From an uncultured delta proteobacterium (lineage in GTDB: Bacteria > Desulfobacterota > Desulfomonilia > Desulfomonilales > Desulfomonilaceae): a DNA stretch of 64,000 bases. This document shows, in pieces, positions 62,570 through 64,000 of this stretch. The translations under genes and the position numbers were made by a program. The notes beneath the pieces are model-generated. The model did not search any database. It worked only from the letters and a program-made list of their open reading frames with translations, and was not told the DNA's origin. How positions within the stretch are numbered: position 1 is the stretch's first letter; each line of letters opens with the position of its first letter. The stretch covers positions 2,496,001 to 2,560,000 of the forward strand of contig CAWBKB010000001.1 of NCBI GenBank assembly GCA_963789265.1, in the 5' to 3' direction.

Positions 62570-62758
62570 GGCGGTCTTCCGGATATGCCTTTATCGTGTC
62601 GATTCGGAACATATCGCTTCCTGTCAGTTTCTGAATCATTGTTGCTGCCACTTCGGTGTTCCCGATAGGCAAATTTACGATATTCCCGTTGACATAATTG
62701 TTTCCCGCTCGGGAAAAACAGAAAAATAGGCGATTAGGCGTTTGGTTTCATTCATCAT
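62570..62758 (-). pseudogene. Flavodoxin N-terminal fragment
   Basis: LIAYFS / RAGNNYVNGNIVNLPIGNTEVAATMIQKLTGSDMFRIDTIKAYPED; 8-nt imperfect duplication (TATTTTTC/TGTTTTTC) shifts the frame; homology stops after YPED. Confidence 0.75.
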
Positions 62759-62769
62759 TTGTCTCCAAA

Positions 62770-63792
<1,023 letters not shown>

Positions 63793-63904
63793 TTACCGTT
63801 GCCTTAAGCGAGTTTGAATCCGTGCGACTGCAAATCATACGTTTGTGATGCAAAATTGTGTCGAAATGCTGACAGAGTGCTCTTTCACCTGTCGGAACAG
63901 TTCA

Positions 63905-64000
63905 TCAATCCAATCCTTTGTCCTCAAGCCATTTGGACAATAAGTCCGCAATTTCAAGATTATTTAGATCAGAGAAGGGGAAATGCGTGTTGCCACGAAT
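63905..64000 (-). CDS. C-terminus of an alpha/beta-hydrolase-like protein (partial)
   Basis: IRGNTHFPFSDLNNLEIADLLSKWLEDKGLD*. Confidence 0.65.
   Translation of the reverse strand: MRGNTHFPFSDLNNLEIADLLSKWLEDKGLD

Overview
Chromosomal segment of an anaerobic deltaproteobacterium (Desulfobacterota; gene content and repeat style suggest a Desulfomonile-like organism, which is inference). About 1-58 kb is core and metabolic backbone: pncB, mtnA, prmA, lspA-ileS, B12-binding subunit plus icmF, hisC-cmk-rpsA, CCA-adding/HD enzyme, an NtrB/NtrC-type pair, scpA, infA, an Fe-ADH/KdnA-like aminotransferase/kdsB cluster, ffh, lutABC, two orphan LivJ-type binding proteins, mqsRA and uvrA. From 58.1 kb there is a tRNA-Lys(CTT) followed by a decayed integrative element (tyrosine integrase, overlapping xis-like ORF, ParB-like gene, ECF sigma/anti-sigma remnant). 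It abuts a tRNA-Glu 3' fragment (att site) on the opposite strand, an IS3 remnant and cargo genes (flavodoxin pseudogene, aldo/keto reductase). About a dozen genes are split by single extra bases, most likely sequencing error. The most notable observations are (i) a candidate 8-amino-Kdo LPS pathway in an anaerobe, (ii) intergenic repeats nested in layers, with one TCCCGCG-N3-5-CGCGGGA mini-palindrome inside several unrelated REP/MITE families, (iii) two genes with a perfect Shine-Dalgarno followed by ATA, and (iv) several unusual secreted or membrane domain architectures. All protein calls come from motif recognition; no database searches were run.
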